From the NCBI GenBank assembly GCA_964394085.1, contig CAYMWF010000011.1:27926-91925 (forward strand): a stretch of 64,000 nucleotides of DNA. Reading direction: 5' to 3'. Shown here in pieces: positions 27,055 to 36,178 of this stretch (the first letter of the stretch is position 1; each line of letters opens with the position of its first letter). The position numbers were made by a program, and so were the translations under genes. The notes beneath the pieces were generated by a model that worked only from the letters and a program-made list of their open reading frames with translations, did no database searches and was not told the DNA's origin. The stretch is from an uncultured Gemmatimonadota bacterium. Its GTDB lineage: Bacteria > GCA-2686955 > CAYMWF01.

Positions 27055-27153
27055 ATGCCTGTTTCAGCTGTAATCATGTTCGCGCTCGTCTCGCTCATCC
27101 TGCTGGGCGGCCTTGCGATTTGCATCCGCATAGCGCTTACCAGGAACGAATAG
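27055..27153 (+). CDS. 32-aa single-TM peptide MPVSAVIMFALVSLILLGGLAICIRIALTRNE; candidate small subunit of the NSS transporter (MaAIMP_sms-like). Not in the ORF track (<60 aa).
   Basis: ATG with GAGG SD 8 nt upstream, 127 bp after the NSS gene. Small hydrophobic partner genes next to NSS amino-acid importers are a known arrangement. Confidence 0.45.
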   Translation: MPVSAVIMFALVSLILLGGLAICIRIALTRNE

Positions 27154-27278
27154 CACCGCCGCGCCGCCGGACGCGCCGAATCGGCGAAACGCCGTCCGGG
27201 TTGGAGTTTATCTTAGGCGGGATGAATATCCGGACGCGGCCGAATCGGCGAGGTATCGTCCGGGCTGGAGTTTATCTT

Positions 27279-27806
27279 ATGCGGGATGAACGTCTGAAAA
27301 TACTGGAAGGGGACGCCCCGGTTTCCCCCGACGCGAAAAGGCACCCGCTGGCGGTTGTGCTCGATTCGGTCCGTTCAGCGTACAATGTCGGAGCCATGAT
27401 CCGCACCGCCGAGTGCGCCGGAGTCGAGCGTATGTATATCTGCGGAATCAGCGCGACTCCGCCTAACCGGCGACTTACGAAAACCGCCCTCGGAGCTGCT
27501 TCCTCCCTTCCCTGGGAGTACCGCGAAAGCGCCTTCGATACCGTGCTGGAACTGAAGAGAAACGGGTACAGGATTATCAGCCTGGAAACCACCAACCGCA
27601 ACGTCAGCCTGTGGGAAACCTCTTTCACGCCCCCTTGCGCCCTCGTGTTCGGTCACGAGGTTACCGGCGTCGGCATGGACATCCTTGAAATCTCGGATGA
27701 AATCGTGAAGATACCGGTTTTCGGGCGGAAGAATTCCCTGAACGTCGCCACCGCCTTCGGAATCACCTTGTACGAAGCTCTCCGGAAAGTCACTAACGTG
27801 ACTTGA
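27279..27806 (+). CDS. SpoU/TrmH-family RNA 2'-O-methyltransferase
   Basis: ..AVVLDSVRSAYNVGAMIRTAE..(motif 1), ..LVFGHEVTGV.., ..IPVFGRKNSLNVATAFGITLYEA (SPOUT knot). Start ATG 27279 chosen; longer ORF from 27120 spans a duplicated leader. Confidence 0.7.
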   Translation: MRDERLKILEGDAPVSPDAKRHPLAVVLDSVRSAYNVGAMIRTAECAGVERMYICGISATPPNRRLTKTALGAASSLPWEYRESAFDTVLELKRNGYRIISLETTNRNVSLWETSFTPPCALVFGHEVTGVGMDILEISDEIVKIPVFGRKNSLNVATAFGITLYEALRKVTNVT

Positions 27807-28449
27807 GCACGCCCTTCTTCTCACAGAACCCCTCCACCGGGCACTCCGAGCACCGCGGCGAGATCGGACTGCAGACATTCTGCCCCAGGGTCACAAGGAG
27901 ATCATTATATGGAATCCAGTATTCCCGGGGAAGTTTATCCCTGAGGGCGAATTCGGTTTCGTGGGGATTCTTCGTGGTGACATATCCGAACCTGTTCGAT
28001 ATGCGGTGCACGTGGGTATCGACGCAAATGCCAGGTTTGCCGTAACCGACCGTCAATACGAGGTTGGCCGTTTTTCTGCCTACCCCGGGGAGCGACAGGA
28101 GCAAGTCCATATCGTCAGGCACCCGGCTTTCGAAGTCGTCCACGATAATCCTGCAGACTTTTTTCAGGCTGGCGGCCTTGGTTCTGTAGAAACCCACCGG
28201 GTAGATGAGTTCAGCGATCCGTTCCTCGGGCAGCACCTCGATCGACTCGGGTGTATCCGCGACTTCATAGAGCCTGCGGCTCGCTTCGGCGGTGGTCGCG
28301 TCTTTGGTCCTGAGGCTGAGGATCGTCGAAATAAGCACCTTGAACGGGTCTTTCGTGCGCGCAGCCATTTCCGAAACGACCGGATCGCGCCAGGATCGGG
28401 CCGCTTCGGTCAGGATATCGAGCACTTCGGTTATGGTTTTCGTATTCAT
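27793..28449 (-). CDS. nth: Endonuclease III-family DNA glycosylase (HhH-GPD with [4Fe-4S] loop)
   Basis: HhH LPGVGRKTANLVL; catalytic D in GICVDTHV; C-terminal CX6CX2CX5C cluster CSPISPRCSECPVEGFC. Confidence 0.8.
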   Translation of the reverse strand: MNTKTITEVLDILTEAARSWRDPVVSEMAARTKDPFKVLISTILSLRTKDATTAEASRRLYEVADTPESIEVLPEERIAELIYPVGFYRTKAASLKKVCRIIVDDFESRVPDDMDLLLSLPGVGRKTANLVLTVGYGKPGICVDTHVHRISNRFGYVTTKNPHETEFALRDKLPREYWIPYNDLLVTLGQNVCSPISPRCSECPVEGFCEKKGVLKSR

Positions 28450-28627
28450 GAGGATGATTATAACTGCGTGGGGTGACGGGCCGCAACCGTTTACGCCTTA
28501 CGCTTGAAGCCCGAAACCGGCGGTGAAAACGACGGCGGGAAACGCAGCCAAAAAAAGGGCTGCAAAAAACAGAAAAGTCCGCCTGGTCAGGGTGGGGGTG
28601 AAAAAACAGAACGACCGCTCCGCGCTG

Positions 28628-28661
28628 TAATAAAACGGAACCGGGAGCGGAATGCTCCCGG
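28628..28661 (-). terminator. Intrinsic-terminator-like hairpin (CCGGGAGC-ggaat-GCTCCCGG) followed on the minus strand by TTCCGTTTTATT, just downstream of the secreted-protein gene
   Basis: 8-bp GC stem plus U-rich tract in the correct orientation for the minus-strand gene ending at 28686. Adjacent CTCACTAGTGAG palindrome. Confidence 0.5.
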
Positions 28662-28685
28662 CTCACTAGTGAGGGAGGAACTTGT

Positions 28686-29234
28686 TTACTTCGCGAACCT
28701 GGCTAAACGACCCTGGTAGAAGAAGATGCAATCGCATTCGGTCTCCGGTCCGGCGTCAGGGCCAGGCTCGAGCTCTCCGAGCCCTCCGATATCCCATAAT
28801 TCACCATCGACATGAATGTTGGTGTGCCAGTCGAGCTCGCATACGGGCTTTCTGAAACGGGAGGGCACGCCGGTCGTGACGACAAGCTTGTAATCCCCCG
28901 GTTCAAGGTTCCCGAAATCGATACCTTCGACATTGCACCGTTCAATCTCGGTATCGCAGTAGAAGAGAGTGATATCCTGGGTGAGGATGCCACCGGGCCA
29001 ATCGTTGATGACGGTCACCGCCGCCACGAGATCGTTCTTGTTGAATTCACACGCGACCTCGTCGGTATCATCGACCTCGGCAGTGTACATCCTCACTATC
29101 TCCGCCTCTCCCTGCTCACCGGCCGCCTCCGCGTAATTATCGATGTAGTAACAGGTCCTCGCACCCGATACTCCCGCGATAACCAGCAGAAGGCAAAGAA
29201 CACTTATCGCTGCTGCACCCAAATTTCTAGACAT
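28686..29234 (-). CDS. Secreted Cys-containing hypothetical protein (183 aa)
   Basis: Start ATG 29234-29232 with AGGAGG SD. Signal peptide MSRNLGAAAISVLCLLLVIAGVSGA. No recognised domain. Confidence 0.5.
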   Translation of the reverse strand: MSRNLGAAAISVLCLLLVIAGVSGARTCYYIDNYAEAAGEQGEAEIVRMYTAEVDDTDEVACEFNKNDLVAAVTVINDWPGGILTQDITLFYCDTEIERCNVEGIDFGNLEPGDYKLVVTTGVPSRFRKPVCELDWHTNIHVDGELWDIGGLGELEPGPDAGPETECDCIFFYQGRLARFAK

Positions 29235-30144
29235 GGCTGGTACCTCCTTCGCAACTACGGTTAACACCTGGGTGACTGCTTCGAGCTTCCGCTCTTCCTT
29301 TCCGCCTCGCATTCTTATCCTCCTCTCTTTATCCTCGAGCGTCTCCGGGGTAATCCGCTCTTCGTTTCGCCCCGCTTCCGCTCCACAACCTTCACCCCGA
29401 ATAGTAGGCAGACCCGGCGGCGAAGAAGCTTTCCGGATCAAATGCCGACCTTGCTAAAGGTTCGAAACGGAGCAATCCGCGCTGTTTGGAACCTGTTTGA
29501 TGGAGTCATCAGCGGCTTGCGCCGGGAGGGGTGGATTAAAGGGGGTCGGCTTCTCGGATCGGGCGGATCCGCAGATCGTCGAAGCGCCTGAGGATCCCCG
29601 GGGAAGGGGCGGCGCCGTGAACGGAGGGTATGTCTGTGTCGCCGGTTTCCGACAGGTTACTTGAACCACCAGGAGTTACCCGGTCCGCCGTAGGCTCCGA
29701 TATCGGAGCGGGCACCGTCGGGGTACCAGTCCGGCCAGCGTGGATGTTTATCGTACAGCCTGTCCTCGAGTGCCGGATCGCCCGTGTCGATACAGGGTGA
29801 TTGCGGGAGCAGCAGGTAATCGAAACCCATGCCGGATGTGAAAAGAGGCGATTCGTCAATGTTCCCCTGCCCGGGCCAACCTCCCTGGACATCGGAGTAG
29901 GAGACGATCGGCGAACCTCCGAATACGTAGATTTCATCGGGAAGATTCCCCCAGAGAATACAGTTGGTGACAATCGGGGAACTGTTCAGGCAGTACAGGG
30001 CACCTCCCACATCCGGGGCGATGTTGTCCGATATAGTGCAATTGGTGATGACGACCGCGGATTCGTTGCAGAAGATACTGTGCTGCTTCAGTCGGAATTG
30101 GAATTTCCCTCGAGATGAGTTAGTAATAACTCAAGGAGGGGACC

Positions 30145-30456
30145 ATGACGAAAAAGAAGCGACGTAAGTTCAGCCCGGAGGAGAAGGTTTCGATTTTACG
30201 GAAGCATCTTCTGGAGGGTGTACCAGTATCGGATCTGTGTGATGAATATGGCCTTCATCCGAATTTGTTTTATCGATGGCAGAAGGCGTTTTTCGAACAC
30301 GGAGCCATGGTTTTTGACCGCCCCCATCCGAACAAATCATCGAAGACAGAGCGGCGTATCGGCGAGCTGGAGGCGAAGTTACAAAAGAAGGATGGCGTGA
30401 TCGCCGAGATCATTGCGGAGTTGATCGCGGAAAAAAAAAGACGTGGGGAGCTATGA
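30145..30456 (+). CDS. IS3-family transposase OrfA (HTH DNA-binding subunit)
   Basis: 103 aa with HTH_Tnp-like N-terminus (KFSPEEKVSILRKHLLEGVPVSDLCDEYGLHPNLFYRWQK) and leucine-zipper-like tail. GGAGGGG SD. Confidence 0.85.
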   Translation: MTKKKRRKFSPEEKVSILRKHLLEGVPVSDLCDEYGLHPNLFYRWQKAFFEHGAMVFDRPHPNKSSKTERRIGELEAKLQKKDGVIAEIIAELIAEKKRRGEL

Positions 30457-31421
30457 GCGGGTCCTGGGTTCAGCCGGATCTTCGTGACCAGGTCGTTGAT
30501 TTCGTTCGGGAATGGTCAACGAAAACCGAGATGGCGAAGGGTCGGCTTGTTCGCTGGATCGGCATCGGGATGAGCAAGTACTCAGACTGGCAATGTCGAT
30601 ACGGCAAGGTCAATGAGCATAATGCCTGGATTCCTCGAGATCACTGGCTTGAGAATTGGGAAAGACGAGCAATCATAGAGTATTACCTGTCACATACGGA
30701 AGACGGCTACCGTCGCGTGGCGTATATGATGATGGATGAAGACATTGTAGCTGTCAGTCCGAGTTCAGTCTACCGCGTGCTCTCGAATGCTTGTGTGATT
30801 CGCCGCTGGGAACGTAATCGAAGCCGTAAGGGGCGCGGTTTTGTGCAACCGTCCGGCCCGCATCAGCAATGGCATATCGATATTTCTTATGTGAATATCC
30901 GGGGCACATTCTACTATTTATGCAGTATTTTGGACGGATACAGTCGGTATATCGTGCATCACGAGATCCGGGAGCAAATGAAGGAAGAAGATGTCGAAAT
31001 CATCCTGCAGCGGGCGACAGAAGCGTTTCCGGACAGGCGGCCACGGGTGATCAGCGACAATGGTCCTCAATTCCTGGCGAAAGACTTCAAGCAGTTTCTT
31101 AAGCTGAAAGGAATGGATCATGTTCGAACGTCGCCTTATTATCCTGAGAGCAATGGGAAGCTGGAACGTTGGCACCAGAGTCTGAAAAGGGAATGCATAC
31201 GCCCCAAAACGCCGCTGAGCCTGGAAGATGCCCGGCGCGTTGTGGCGAATTTTGTTAACCATTACAATACGAAGCGGCTTCATAGCGCGATCGGATATAT
31301 TACACCGGAGGATAAGCTCAATGGGAAGCAAGAAATAATCTTCGCAGAACGAGAAAGAAGACTGTCAGCAGCGAGAGAACGACGGGCTAAGAACCGAGCG
31401 GCTGCTCGCTGTGCAGCATGA
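30453..31421 (+). CDS. IS3-family transposase OrfB (DDE integrase-fold catalytic subunit; expressed as OrfAB by -1 frameshift)
   Basis: DDE triad context: WHIDISYV (D), VISDNGPQF (D), YYPESNGKLERW (E). In the -1 frame relative to orfA. Confidence 0.85.
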   Translation: MSGSWVQPDLRDQVVDFVREWSTKTEMAKGRLVRWIGIGMSKYSDWQCRYGKVNEHNAWIPRDHWLENWERRAIIEYYLSHTEDGYRRVAYMMMDEDIVAVSPSSVYRVLSNACVIRRWERNRSRKGRGFVQPSGPHQQWHIDISYVNIRGTFYYLCSILDGYSRYIVHHEIREQMKEEDVEIILQRATEAFPDRRPRVISDNGPQFLAKDFKQFLKLKGMDHVRTSPYYPESNGKLERWHQSLKRECIRPKTPLSLEDARRVVANFVNHYNTKRLHSAIGYITPEDKLNGKQEIIFAERERRLSAARERRAKNRAAARCAA

Positions 31422-32831
31422 ATAACCAACTAATTCATGAAGGTGAAATTTCCATTTTACGCTGAACCAGTACAATACCGCCTCCGTAATCGGTAATCGT
31501 ATTGTTCGAGATCACGCAGTTAACGAGCAACGCGGGAGAGTCGTAGCAATAGACCCCACCCCCGAAGGCGTATGAACCGATCGCCGCATTGCTCGACACC
31601 GTTGTGCCTACGAGCACCGGCGACGAGTAGTCGCATCGCATCCCGCCACCGTAGTACTCTGCAACATTCTCGGTAATCGCGCACCTCAGCAGCGCGGGAT
31701 CCGCCTCGTAGCAGCAGACTCCGCCTCCATTGTATAGTGCCGTATTGTTCTTGAAAATACAGTGCGAGACTGTCGGATACGAATCCTCGCAATAGAGCCC
31801 CCCGCCATAGGAAGCTCTCCCGTTTACCACCGTCATTCCGATCAGCCGCGCGAAATGGCCCTCGCCAAGCCATAAGCGGAACCCTCTGCCGTTGTTTTCA
31901 CAATCGATCACCGTCGACTCCGGTCCATGCTCGGACATGACGGTGATCCCCTTTCCGTGATACTCGATATCCCTGTTCCCGGGGCCGCAGAACGTGCCGT
32001 CCGCGACAAGCACCGTATCACCGGAGCGAGCAGCGTCGATCCCTTCCTGAATCGTTGCGAATTCAGCGGGGACCTCGAGCATTGCGCCGGATACCGGTGC
32101 GAACGGCGCTGTAATCAGCAAAAAAAACATGAATCGATACATTGCTTTCTCTCCTGTAATCCGGCATTTGAATGAGAGAGGCAGCCGGATTCCCGCAGAT
32201 GTTGAGCCCTGAGTCGAAGTAGTGATAGATTTGTTGTAACCATGATTAACTAGTTATCCATATTTTAGCAGATCGACGACAATCATATCAAGTGAAATCA
32301 TCGAATCTCGGGGTGATGTTCAGGGATTGCTTAAAGGTAAGTGCTTTTGCTTTACTATCTTATCCCGAACATACGGATGCCGGAAGCGGTCGAAACAAAG
32401 CGCTTCGGAAATGATTGAAGTTCAAGGAAAACGGCTTGCCGGATGATGGAGGTGGTGCTTGAGACCGGTACGGTAACGAATTATCTTCTTGCGACTGTTC
32501 CGTTCGAATACGGAACGGCCGGGATTGATGGAATCAGCCCCTGTAGAGCCCGTTTAACTGGATGGTCCAGCCGACAGCTGCCGTCGACAGAGAAGAAGCG
32601 AGCCGGAACCGCAGCCGAAAACCGACGTATACAACCCAACAACCAGCAAAGACAAACTTCCCTGACCGGGAAGCTAAGGGGTGCTTTTCCTCCTGACTTC
32701 TCCCTATTGTTAACTGGGGAATCTATTTTACCGGATGGAAACCGGGCTTTTGGGGAGAAGGTTGCACCCTCCCCGGTGGATTCGATCGACTGATTTTAAT
32801 CACGTCACTTATTTTCATGGGTCATAATTAA

Positions 32832-32855
32832 CCCTAATTTCGGGAAAGGGGAAAG
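32832..32855 (+). other. Canonical G-quadruplex-forming motif GGGAAAGGGGAAAGGGGAAAGGGG
   Basis: Four G-runs of 3 or more separated by AAA loops; read directly from sequence. Confidence 0.5.
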
Positions 32856-32899
32856 GGGAAAGGGGACAGATTGATTTTTTCTAATTCTCCTGCCGAATT

Positions 32900-32915
32900 T
32901 TTGTCACGTGACAAA
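32900..32915. promoter_or_regulatory. 16-bp perfect palindrome TTTGTCACGTGACAAA (CACGTG core); related half-site AATCACGTCACTT at 32798-32810
   Basis: Direct inspection. Lies in the 1.1-kb AT-rich region upstream of the beta-helix gene. Confidence 0.3.
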
Positions 32916-33292
32916 TAATGCCGATTCCTGCGCCGAGGTTGAACTCATGCAACGTTTTTGTTGAGAGTGAGTTACGAATGTTGACCTTTCCGCAGCAGGG
33001 AAGCTATGATCCTGGTCCTGTATGAAGAATCAGACAGGGTTTATCTTTGGTAAACGGATCAGAGCTTCCAAGCGGAGTGGTTGGCATCTTTTTGGGTTCA
33101 AAGATTATTTTGCGCAATAGCCAGTATTTGTTATACTGAATTTGCGGTTTTACTGAAGAACTCCCAGCAGGCTTACAATTCGATGAAATGTATGCACTTA
33201 TTCAACCCCTCTTCACTGGATAATCGAAGGCTGTCAATTTAGCCAGATGAAATGCTTGACTCCACTTATTCTGTAGAGATGGGTCATAAACC

Positions 33293-36178
33293 ATGAAGCA
33301 ATTCGCGGTAAGATGGATAGTTCTCTTTTTTGTCCTGCTGCCTGCGTTTTCCGCATTCGGCGACAGGTATCAAAATGATAAGGTTTTCGATTCATTAATC
33401 CATGTTCCGGGAGATTTTCCAACTATTCAGAGTGGAATAAACGCCGCTTCGGACGGAGATACCGTTCTAGTCGCAGCGGGTGTGTATACCGGAAATGAAA
33501 ACAGGAACATCGACTTCTGCGGCAAGGCGATAACGGTCATTTCTGAAAAAGGAGCCGCAGAGACAATCATCGACTGTCAGGAAGAAGCAAGAGGAGTTAT
33601 ATTCCAAAGCGGTGAAGGTTCTGAATCTAAACTCATCGGTTTCACCATCCAAAATGGCTATGTCGATAATGACGGCGGTGGTATCTACTGCGTCGACTCT
33701 TCACCCGAATTCAGCGATTGTATAGTTAAATGGAATACCATCATCAATAATGACGATGGCTGTGGCGGCGGGTTCTATTTTTACAACTCCTCATCTACTA
33801 TATCGAATTGTACGATTTCAAACAACTACGTGGATTGCCTGAACGTATCCTGGGGCTCAGGATTCTACTGTGAAAACTCCGTTCTGAGTCTATCCGGATG
33901 CACTATTTCCGGCAATACCATGTTCGGCGGTATCTCCGGATACGGCGGCGGAGCTCGTTGCAGCGATTCCAACCTCATAATATCAAATTGCGTATTTTCG
34001 ATTAATACGGCTCTTGGCGATCACAGCGGCGCCGGCGGCGGACTCTCCTTAGGCAACTGCACAATAATATTGGATGATTCACATATTTTCAGGAACTCCT
34101 TCCGGACCTATTCCGGCGGCCCTGTGGGCGGGGGTATTTCCCAGGGTGGCGGTTCTCTGAGTATAGTGAATTGTTCGATTACCGGCAACGGCTGCAGCGG
34201 TCCCGGAAATTCCCACGGAGGCGGTATTCGATCGCGGGGAATTCTGATGATTGAAAACTCCATATTTTCGAACAATTCCGTCACGAGTGAGGTATTTTCA
34301 TCGTATGGAGGAGGTATATCATGCGCAAACGCCACGATATCGAATTCAATGATCTTCGGAAATAAATCGGAAGGCGGTACATACAGCAGCGCTTACGGTG
34401 GCGGTGTGGACGGGTCGCCGTTGATGCGAAACTGTCTGATATTTGACAACACTGCAACATCATCGCATTACGCCGGTTGTCCGGGAGGGGGAGTATATGG
34501 GCCGGCAACCCTCATAAACTGCACGATTACCCGGAACTCCTCCTACGCCGGGGGAGCGGATATTGCAAATATCGAGGAGATCACGAACTGTATCGTCTGG
34601 AATGACGATATAAGCGGTTCGCCGAATGTTACATATTCAGATATCGAAGGCGGCTGGCCCGGTGAAGGCAATATCGATTCAGATCCCATGTTTTTCAATC
34701 CGGGATCAGACGACTTTCATCTTACGGTCTCATCTCCCTGCATAGACGTGGGATCAGACGCCGGGATTTACGACGATATCGACGGCGATACGCGGCCCCA
34801 GGGCGAATGGTTCGACATCGGATCCGACGAATTCTCCCTCGAAAGGCCTGTGATCAGAATTCGTCCGGATTCCTTTTTTGTAACCTGTCTGATCGGAGGA
34901 CACGCAGAAGACGCGGAACTGGTTATATCTAATGCGGGAGTTGAGGATCTTACATATTCGATCGATCCGGAAACTGAATTCTGGTTAGCGCTCGTCGGTG
35001 AATTGGAAGGAGTCCTGGCGCATAACGACAGCGTCCTCATCCTTCTGCAATTCGATTCCGGGGAATTATTACCCGGCAGGTATGATGACGTGATCAGAAT
35101 CGACAGTAATGACACGCAGGTGCCGCAGTTGGATATCCAGGTGGATCTCTGGGTTTGCCAGGGTATCATACGTGTTCCGGAAGATTACGAAACCATTCAG
35201 GCGGGAATCGATGCGGCGGATTCGGGAGACACCGTGCTCGTAGCCGCAGGCACCTATACCGGATCGGGGAATATCAATCTGACCTTCAACGGCAAGCCGA
35301 TTACCCTCATGTCAGAGGACGGTTTAGAAAAAACAGCCATCGACTGCGCCGAAGCAGGTAGAGGTGTATCTTTCAACAACGATGAGGGACCGGGTTCCCG
35401 GTTTGTTGGTTTCACCATTATCAACGGTTATCAGCCAGGTGCCGGCGGGGGCGGAATCCGTTGTATTCATACCGATCCGACCATCACTTCATGTCTCCTG
35501 TCGGGCAATGACGCTGAATACGGAGGGGGGATATATTGCTGGGGTTCCTCACCGTCGATAACCGGTTGTTCAATCTCAGGAAACTCAGCCGAATACGGCG
35601 CTGGAATTAAGTGCATAGGGGCCGATCCCCTTATTACTCACTGTCTGATCTCAGAGAACTCTGCAAATTCAGGTGCGGCGATCTATTGCGAACATTCCAG
35701 TCCGATCATTACAAACTGTCTAATAAAGGGGAATATAGCCGAGTGGCACGGAGCCTGTTATATGAGGGACTCAGACGAACCTGTTTTCATCAACTGCACT
35801 TTTACTGAAAATTCGGGCGGTGGATTCTATTGCTATGAATGGAGTCATCCGAAACTGAAAAACTGCATCCTGTGGAACGACACCCCTTTTGAAATTTCGC
35901 TCGGATACGAAGGTTCGATTACTGTTGACTACTCTGACGTCCAGGGCGGTTGGACGGGTGTCGGAAACATCGATACCGACCCGCTCTTTTCAATATATGC
36001 GAATTTCGATTACATCCTACGAACAGCATCTCCTTGCATAGATTCGGGAGATCCATATATAGAAGACTGTCTGTATGATTGGCATCCTCTCTGCCCGGCC
36101 TGGTACTTGAACGGTTCCCGTTCGGACATGGGCGCTTACGGCGGCCCTGGCAACATCTTCTGGCTGAAATGGTGGTAA
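33293..36178 (+). CDS. Secreted tandem-duplicated right-handed parallel beta-helix repeat protein (pectate-lyase-like fold), 961 aa
   Basis: Signal peptide MKQFAVRWIVLFFVLLPAFSAFG. Two modules each opening with (F/Y)xTIQ(S/A)GI(N/D)AA(S/D)(D/S)GDTVLVAAG(V/T)YTG, followed by many G-x-I-x-C/NC beta-helix coils. C-terminus ..GAYGGPGNIFWLKWW. Confidence 0.7.
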   Translation: MKQFAVRWIVLFFVLLPAFSAFGDRYQNDKVFDSLIHVPGDFPTIQSGINAASDGDTVLVAAGVYTGNENRNIDFCGKAITVISEKGAAETIIDCQEEARGVIFQSGEGSESKLIGFTIQNGYVDNDGGGIYCVDSSPEFSDCIVKWNTIINNDDGCGGGFYFYNSSSTISNCTISNNYVDCLNVSWGSGFYCENSVLSLSGCTISGNTMFGGISGYGGGARCSDSNLIISNCVFSINTALGDHSGAGGGLSLGNCTIILDDSHIFRNSFRTYSGGPVGGGISQGGGSLSIVNCSITGNGCSGPGNSHGGGIRSRGILMIENSIFSNNSVTSEVFSSYGGGISCANATISNSMIFGNKSEGGTYSSAYGGGVDGSPLMRNCLIFDNTATSSHYAGCPGGGVYGPATLINCTITRNSSYAGGADIANIEEITNCIVWNDDISGSPNVTYSDIEGGWPGEGNIDSDPMFFNPGSDDFHLTVSSPCIDVGSDAGIYDDIDGDTRPQGEWFDIGSDEFSLERPVIRIRPDSFFVTCLIGGHAEDAELVISNAGVEDLTYSIDPETEFWLALVGELEGVLAHNDSVLILLQFDSGELLPGRYDDVIRIDSNDTQVPQLDIQVDLWVCQGIIRVPEDYETIQAGIDAADSGDTVLVAAGTYTGSGNINLTFNGKPITLMSEDGLEKTAIDCAEAGRGVSFNNDEGPGSRFVGFTIINGYQPGAGGGGIRCIHTDPTITSCLLSGNDAEYGGGIYCWGSSPSITGCSISGNSAEYGAGIKCIGADPLITHCLISENSANSGAAIYCEHSSPIITNCLIKGNIAEWHGACYMRDSDEPVFINCTFTENSGGGFYCYEWSHPKLKNCILWNDTPFEISLGYEGSITVDYSDVQGGWTGVGNIDTDPLFSIYANFDYILRTASPCIDSGDPYIEDCLYDWHPLCPAWYLNGSRSDMGAYGGPGNIFWLKWW

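Larger units (their letters stand above)
30079..31474 (+). mobile_element. IS3-family insertion sequence (1396 bp) with imperfect ~30-bp terminal inverted repeats (TGTGCTGCTTCAGTCGGAATTGGAA.. / ..TTCCATTTTACGCTGAACCAGTACA) and 4-bp target-site duplication ATAC (30075-30078 and 31475-31478)
   Basis: orfA (HTH) and orfB (DDE rve) in 0/-1 frames overlapping at ATGA. A9G slippery run at 30431-30440. TG..CA termini. Direct repeat ATAC flanks. Lower GC than surroundings. Confidence 0.85.
29657..32142 (-). pseudogene. Secreted right-handed beta-helix repeat protein gene split by an IS3-family insertion. N-terminal part 31475-32142, C-terminal part 29657-30078. Paralog of the gene at 33293-36178.
   Basis: N-part has signal peptide MYRFMFFLLITAPFAPVSG and ..TIQEGIDAARSGDTVLVADGTF.. 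plus beta-helix coils ending ..TDYGGGI at the IS boundary. Minus-strand translation downstream of the IS resumes in the same frame (FCNESAVVITNCTISDNIAPDVGGALYCLNSSPIVTNC..). The C-terminus ..GAYGGPGNSWWFK matches the paralog ..GAYGGPGNIFWLKWW. Confidence 0.8.

Noticed and set aside
27120-27278. Longer N-terminal extension of the TrmH-like ORF starting at 27120
   Set aside because: The extension lies in the duplicated leader segment and overlaps the small peptide ORF region. The internal ATG 27279 aligns with the start of the SPOUT domain.
32443-32793. 116-aa ORF in the AT-rich spacer
   Set aside because: Low-complexity, no SD, and it lies in a region with abrupt compositional shift and multiple hairpins. 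More likely non-coding.
32150-33292. Tested for RNase P RNA, tmRNA, SRP RNA signatures
   Set aside because: No GGAAAGUCCGGGCUCC / ACAGAACCCGGCUUA pair, no tRNA-like GGUUCGAUUCC..CCACCA end, and no AGGUCCGGAAGGAAGCAGC box. Only a weak GGAAACCGGGCUU resemblance.
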